Shown here piece after piece: positions 46,399-48,829 of a DNA stretch of 48,829 nt. Origin of the DNA: a virus (taxonomy: Duplodnaviria > Heunggongvirae > Uroviricota > Caudoviricetes); IMG/VR virus record IMGVR_UViG_3300005544_000021. One strand, 5' to 3'. The first letter of the stretch is position 1; each line of letters begins with the position of its first letter. Under the pieces are notes generated by a model. The model had not been told where the DNA came from and made no database searches. It saw nothing but the letters and a program-made list of their open reading frames with translations. The position numbers and the translations under genes were made by a program.

Positions 46399-46575
46399 TT
46401 ATCTAAAAGCCGCACTACGACGACGGGCTCTTTCTCGCCGCTGTTCTTCCGTAGGATTTTCCAAGGCATTCTTCTGGGCTTGACGACATTCTGGACAAAG
46501 AGATTGATCTACCACAGTCATATTGTAAACTTGATATGGTGCCCCGCATACCTTACACTCAACAATCTTAGTCAT
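46399..46575 (-). CDS. 58-aa zinc-binding protein (CKVC...CPEC); not in track
   Basis: MTKIVECKVCGAPYQVYNMTVVDQSLCPECRQAQ...; ATGA overlap with the upstream ORF. Confidence 0.65.
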   Translation of the reverse strand: MTKIVECKVCGAPYQVYNMTVVDQSLCPECRQAQKNALENPTEEQRRERARRRSAAFR

Positions 46576-46847
46576 GGCGATGGCTCATTCTTTTTCCATA
46601 AGTCCTCGGCTAGTTCTACAATATTTACATCCCCGTTTTCATTTTTCATGGAGTCAAAATAATCTTTGGTTAATAAAACACACCTAACATCTACTCCCTC
46701 AAAAAGATAAGCATTATCGGCTTTATATTTTTCCTCATCCTCTTGCTGTAAAATGGTAACAGGATTTCCATCATCATCCAATAAGAGACCATATTGATCG
46801 GCGGCTTTGATATATCCTACGAAGACATATGCTTCTTCTTTGTTCAT
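46572..46847 (-). CDS. Acidic hypothetical protein
   Basis: ATG 46847 with GGGAG RBS. Confidence 0.6.
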   Translation of the reverse strand: MNKEEAYVFVGYIKAADQYGLLLDDDGNPVTILQQEDEEKYKADNAYLFEGVDVRCVLLTKDYFDSMKNENGDVNIVELAEDLWKKNEPSP

Positions 46848-46873
46848 TTCCGTTCTCCCTTGAGATTTTAGGT

Positions 46874-46906
46874 GCCCCAAGGGAAACTATCCTGCTCCCT
46901 TGGGGC
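46874..46906. other. GC-rich hairpin downstream of the tRNA-like RNAs (processing/stability element or terminator)
   Basis: GCCCCAAGGGA / TCCCTTGGGGC, perfect 11-bp stem with 11-nt loop; no clear U-tract. Confidence 0.5.
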
Positions 46907-46922
46907 GATGCCATGACTTTAC

Positions 46923-47065
46923 CCGGTTCTCGGCATTTAATGTATAACCTGAGGTTTATGTCGGACGCTCTACCGCTAAGCTACCTCGCCATAATATGGA
47001 GGCGAGGATAGGATTTGAACCTATGCTTTCCGAATAGGGGGTTACACACCTTGATAGAACCAGCA
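46923..47065 (-). ncRNA. Circularly permuted tRNA-like RNA (YrlA/Y-RNA architecture), unit 2, opened at the anticodon loop
   Basis: 5'-3' order: TCGGA, AAGC, T arm ATAGG-TTCAAAT-CCTAT, CCTCGCC-T-CCA, 6-nt linker, GGCGAGG, D arm GCTT-AGCGGTA-GAGC, TCCGA. Flanks pair: TGTGTAACC/GGTTATACA and CTGGTTCT/AGAACCGG. Confidence 0.8.
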
Positions 47066-47066
47066 T

Positions 47067-47255
47067 GGCAATACTCAAGTTGGGGTGAATAGTCTGAGTC
47101 TGAGCGAGCCAAACATCTCAAGGATGTTTCCGTCTACCGTTCCGGCATCCCCGCATCAGTTTTAGACACCAAAAAAGTATCTAAAATTGGTACGGGGAAA
47201 GGGATTCGAACCCTTACGACTCGTTTTTTAGATTCACCACAAGCTTGAGATTTCC
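47067..47255 (-). ncRNA. Circularly permuted tRNA-like RNA (YrlA/Y-RNA-like), unit 1, class II tRNA-like, opened at the variable arm
   Basis: Order: CGAGTC, T arm AAGGG-TTCGAAT-CCCTT, TCCCCGT-A-CCA, 33-nt hairpin linker, GCGGGGA, D arm CCG-GAACGGTAGA-CGG, hairpin AAACATC-CTTGA-GATGTTT, GGCTCG. Ends pair: GGTGAAT/ATTCACC and CTCAAG/CTTGAG. Confidence 0.75.
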
Positions 47256-47258
47256 GTT

Positions 47259-47996
47259 TCAATCCCCCAGCAGATAATCAAAGATGGCTGATCCGACATT
47301 GGGGGTTTGAATTTCTTCATGGACGTTGGCTTCTTCCCGAGCCTCTTTTATGGCTCGTAATAGAATTTCAACTCGTTCCGAGATAGCTTGCTTTTCGGTT
47401 TTTGGTATTGCTCCACTTTGTTTAACCTGTTCCCAAAACCCCGCTATTACATCTTCGGTTATTAGTTGGGTTTGGGCTGGATGTTCGGGGGTCGCGGGAA
47501 ACAAAACAATAGGCTTTTGTACCTTGCGAGTCCGATGTGTTTTCGTTGTCTCGGCCTTGAACAAGCCAGAGTTTTCGTCTTTACTCCAATTATCTCCCTC
47601 ATCTAGAATTGGAAGATTTCCCACAAAGGTACGCAAATCAGTTAGTTGTTTCTCCAAAAACAACAAGAAACTAACGGGAGCATTTGGGATAATAACCTTA
47701 TCATCAATTTTAACAGAAGCATTAGCCGCACAATTAGTCCAATCTTTGCGGGCCGTAACTTCCATTAACTCACTAATAATTCGTTCCGCCCGAGATAATA
47801 CTTCGGCGGCAGAAAACTGAACCCGCTTTTTTTCCGCCGGCAAATCTTCTCCCTCATCATCTCTTTTCAGATATGTTTTCTGAAAACCATTAAATAATTC
47901 TGGTTTCTGAATCGCCTTATTAAGATCGGTCAATTCCCCATAGACTCGGGATTTGATTCCTTTCTCAATTGCGATGATCTGATTGAGCTTAGCCAC
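47259..47996 (-). CDS. Uncharacterised conserved-looking protein (MAKLNQIIAIEKG...), 245 aa, directly upstream of the tRNA-like RNAs
   Basis: GTG start with AAGGAG RBS; helical N/C termini flanking a beta-hairpin region (THRTRKVQKPIVLFPATPEHPAQTQL). Confidence 0.85.
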   Translation of the reverse strand: MAKLNQIIAIEKGIKSRVYGELTDLNKAIQKPELFNGFQKTYLKRDDEGEDLPAEKKRVQFSAAEVLSRAERIISELMEVTARKDWTNCAANASVKIDDKVIIPNAPVSFLLFLEKQLTDLRTFVGNLPILDEGDNWSKDENSGLFKAETTKTHRTRKVQKPIVLFPATPEHPAQTQLITEDVIAGFWEQVKQSGAIPKTEKQAISERVEILLRAIKEAREEANVHEEIQTPNVGSAIFDYLLGD

Positions 47997-48028
47997 TAGG
48001 TAATTCTCCTTTGATAAGCTTGAGAGGA

Positions 48029-48057
48029 AGCATAGCAGCTTAGAGTTTTATCGTCAA
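48029..48057 (-). promoter_or_regulatory. Sigma70-type promoter TTGACG-N17-TATGCT
   Basis: -35 at 48057-48052, -10 at 48034-48029, about 30 nt upstream of ORF 47996. Confidence 0.6.
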
Positions 48058-48151
48058 CCAGAAAATTGTGGATAACTTAAAAAAGAACTTGCCTTGCCAG
48101 CTAGCCGAATTATGATCGGAATAGTGCTAGCGTAAGAACCGGAGAGTTCTT

Positions 48152-48268
48152 ATGATTATGATTCTCGGAATGATAATAGGGTTTTGTTTTCTGGTATTAA
48201 TAATAGAATATGTCCGAGAAGTAATAGCTGATAGAAACTTTAACGCAAGGAAGACATGGTTCTCATAG
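48152..48268 (+). CDS. 38-aa membrane peptide (not in track)
   Basis: MIMILGMIIGFCFLVLIIEYVREVIADRNFNARKTWFS; GGAGAG RBS; possible TTGCCT-N16-TATGAT promoter at 48089-48116. Confidence 0.45.
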   Translation: MIMILGMIIGFCFLVLIIEYVREVIADRNFNARKTWFS

Positions 48269-48541
48269 AAAGGATCGCTCGCACGCAAGGTTCGGTTCTC
48301 ATTCATGGCCTTGGCTCGCAACTCATGAGTGGTTCTCATGACATTACGTGGTTCGCACGGCTGATAGGGTTCTCAGAGCTTCCTTGGCTCGCACGGGATC
48401 ATTCTGGTTCTCAACCTTCCGATGGCTCGCAAGCGAGTGGTGGTTCTCATGTGGTCAATGGCTCGCATGGGATCATTCTGGTTCTCAACCTTCCGATGGC
48501 TCTTCCACGCACGTGGATGTGGTTCTCAACCTTTCCTTGGC
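48257..48541. repeat. Tandem array of ~36-38 nt units with alternating boxes TGGTTCTCA and TGGCTCGCA
   Basis: GGTTCTC starts at 48258, 48294, 48331, 48368, 48406, 48442, 48480 and 48521, with a (G)GCTCGCA-type box between each pair. Confidence 0.9.
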
Positions 48542-48545
48542 TTTT

Positions 48546-48716
48546 TTAAAGTTTTTTGCATAACCAAGAATACGAATCAGTCTTCATTTTTAAGACCAAT
48601 TCAGCTCCCTTTTTTTCACACAGATCAAACGTTTCGTGTTTCGTTACTTCTGCTATTATAGGGGCCGGAAGTCCTGTTGCAGAGTTTATTGCAATCACAA
48701 ACACAAGAAGATACAT
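48546..48716 (-). CDS. 56-aa small protein with hydrophobic N-terminus and two Cys, inside the repeat array; not in track
   Basis: MYLLVFVIAINSATGLPAPIIAEVTKHETFDLCEKKGAELVLKMKTDSYSWLCKKL; AAGGAG RBS. Confidence 0.65.
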   Translation of the reverse strand: MYLLVFVIAINSATGLPAPIIAEVTKHETFDLCEKKGAELVLKMKTDSYSWLCKKL

Positions 48717-48752
48717 GTCCGTTTCTCCTTTTTTTTCCGTCGCATCGGATTA

Positions 48753-48829
48753 TGGTTCTCATCACGACACTGGCTCGCAATGCTACTTATGGTTCTCATA
48801 TCTGTTTTGGCTCGCAAGCGGTATCTAGT
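48753..48829. repeat. Continuation of the TGGTTCTCA/TGGCTCGCA array, running to the window edge
   Basis: GGTTCTC at 48754 and 48791; GCTCGCA at 48773 and 48810. Confidence 0.85.

Noticed and set aside
46923-47255. Ordinary tRNA genes
   Set aside because: The 3' halves precede their matching 5' halves and neither unit has a normal 7-nt anticodon loop. Joining the unit-1 5' half to the unit-2 3' half gives a mismatched acceptor stem and loses U8.
1964-47820. Numerous short antisense or out-of-frame track ORFs inside structural genes (e.g. 3646..3948, 9325..9915, 20349..21029, 24922..25434, 47326..47820)
   Set aside because: They lie within long, well-supported genes and reflect codon bias or Gly/Pro antisense patterns; no motifs or RBS.
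48127-48828. Track ORFs overlapping the repeat array (48127..48339, 48256..48549, 48348..48563, 48422..48661, 48556..48828)
   Set aside because: Low-complexity products of a repeat whose unit length is not a multiple of 3; no convincing RBS; better-supported small ORFs exist at 48152..48268 and 48546..48716.
48257-48829. CRISPR array
   Set aside because: Conserved boxes are only 9 nt with 8-11 nt variable gaps, far shorter than CRISPR repeats and spacers; no cas genes in the window.
1-48829. Stop-codon reassignment
   Set aside because: Conserved genes are full length in the standard code and TAA, TAG and TGA all end genes at expected positions.

Overview
A 48.8 kb piece of a T4-like (Tevenvirinae-related) myovirus genome, standard genetic code, almost all on the minus strand. 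The host is probably a rhizobial alphaproteobacterium (inferred from two BA14K-like genes). It holds the virion module: baseplate gp6/gp7/gp8, two VrlC/DUF4815-like baseplate proteins, five paralogous fibre proteins, neck gp13/gp14, gp15, terminase gp16/gp17, sheath gp18, tube gp19 and the 5' part of portal gp20. Main signals: (1) Cargo genes sit at junctions between structural genes and carry a leader resembling the T4 capsid-targeting sequence (M-x-S-F-x-x-F ending in [LIV]-x-E). They encode ParB/Srx-like domains, two ADP-ribosyltransferase-fold proteins, a Cys-His-Asp enzyme, a J-domain and a probable protease-cleaved polyprotein. (2) Two tandem circularly permuted tRNA-like RNAs (YrlA/Y-RNA architecture) lie directly behind an uncharacterised gene. 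(3) N-X-S/T sequons are strongly enriched in exposed virion domains, suggesting an N-glycosylated virion. (4) gp19 and gp15 appear to start at ATT and ATA. (5) A non-triplet ~37-nt repeat array at the right end encloses a small ORF. All homology calls come from motif recognition by eye; no searches were run.
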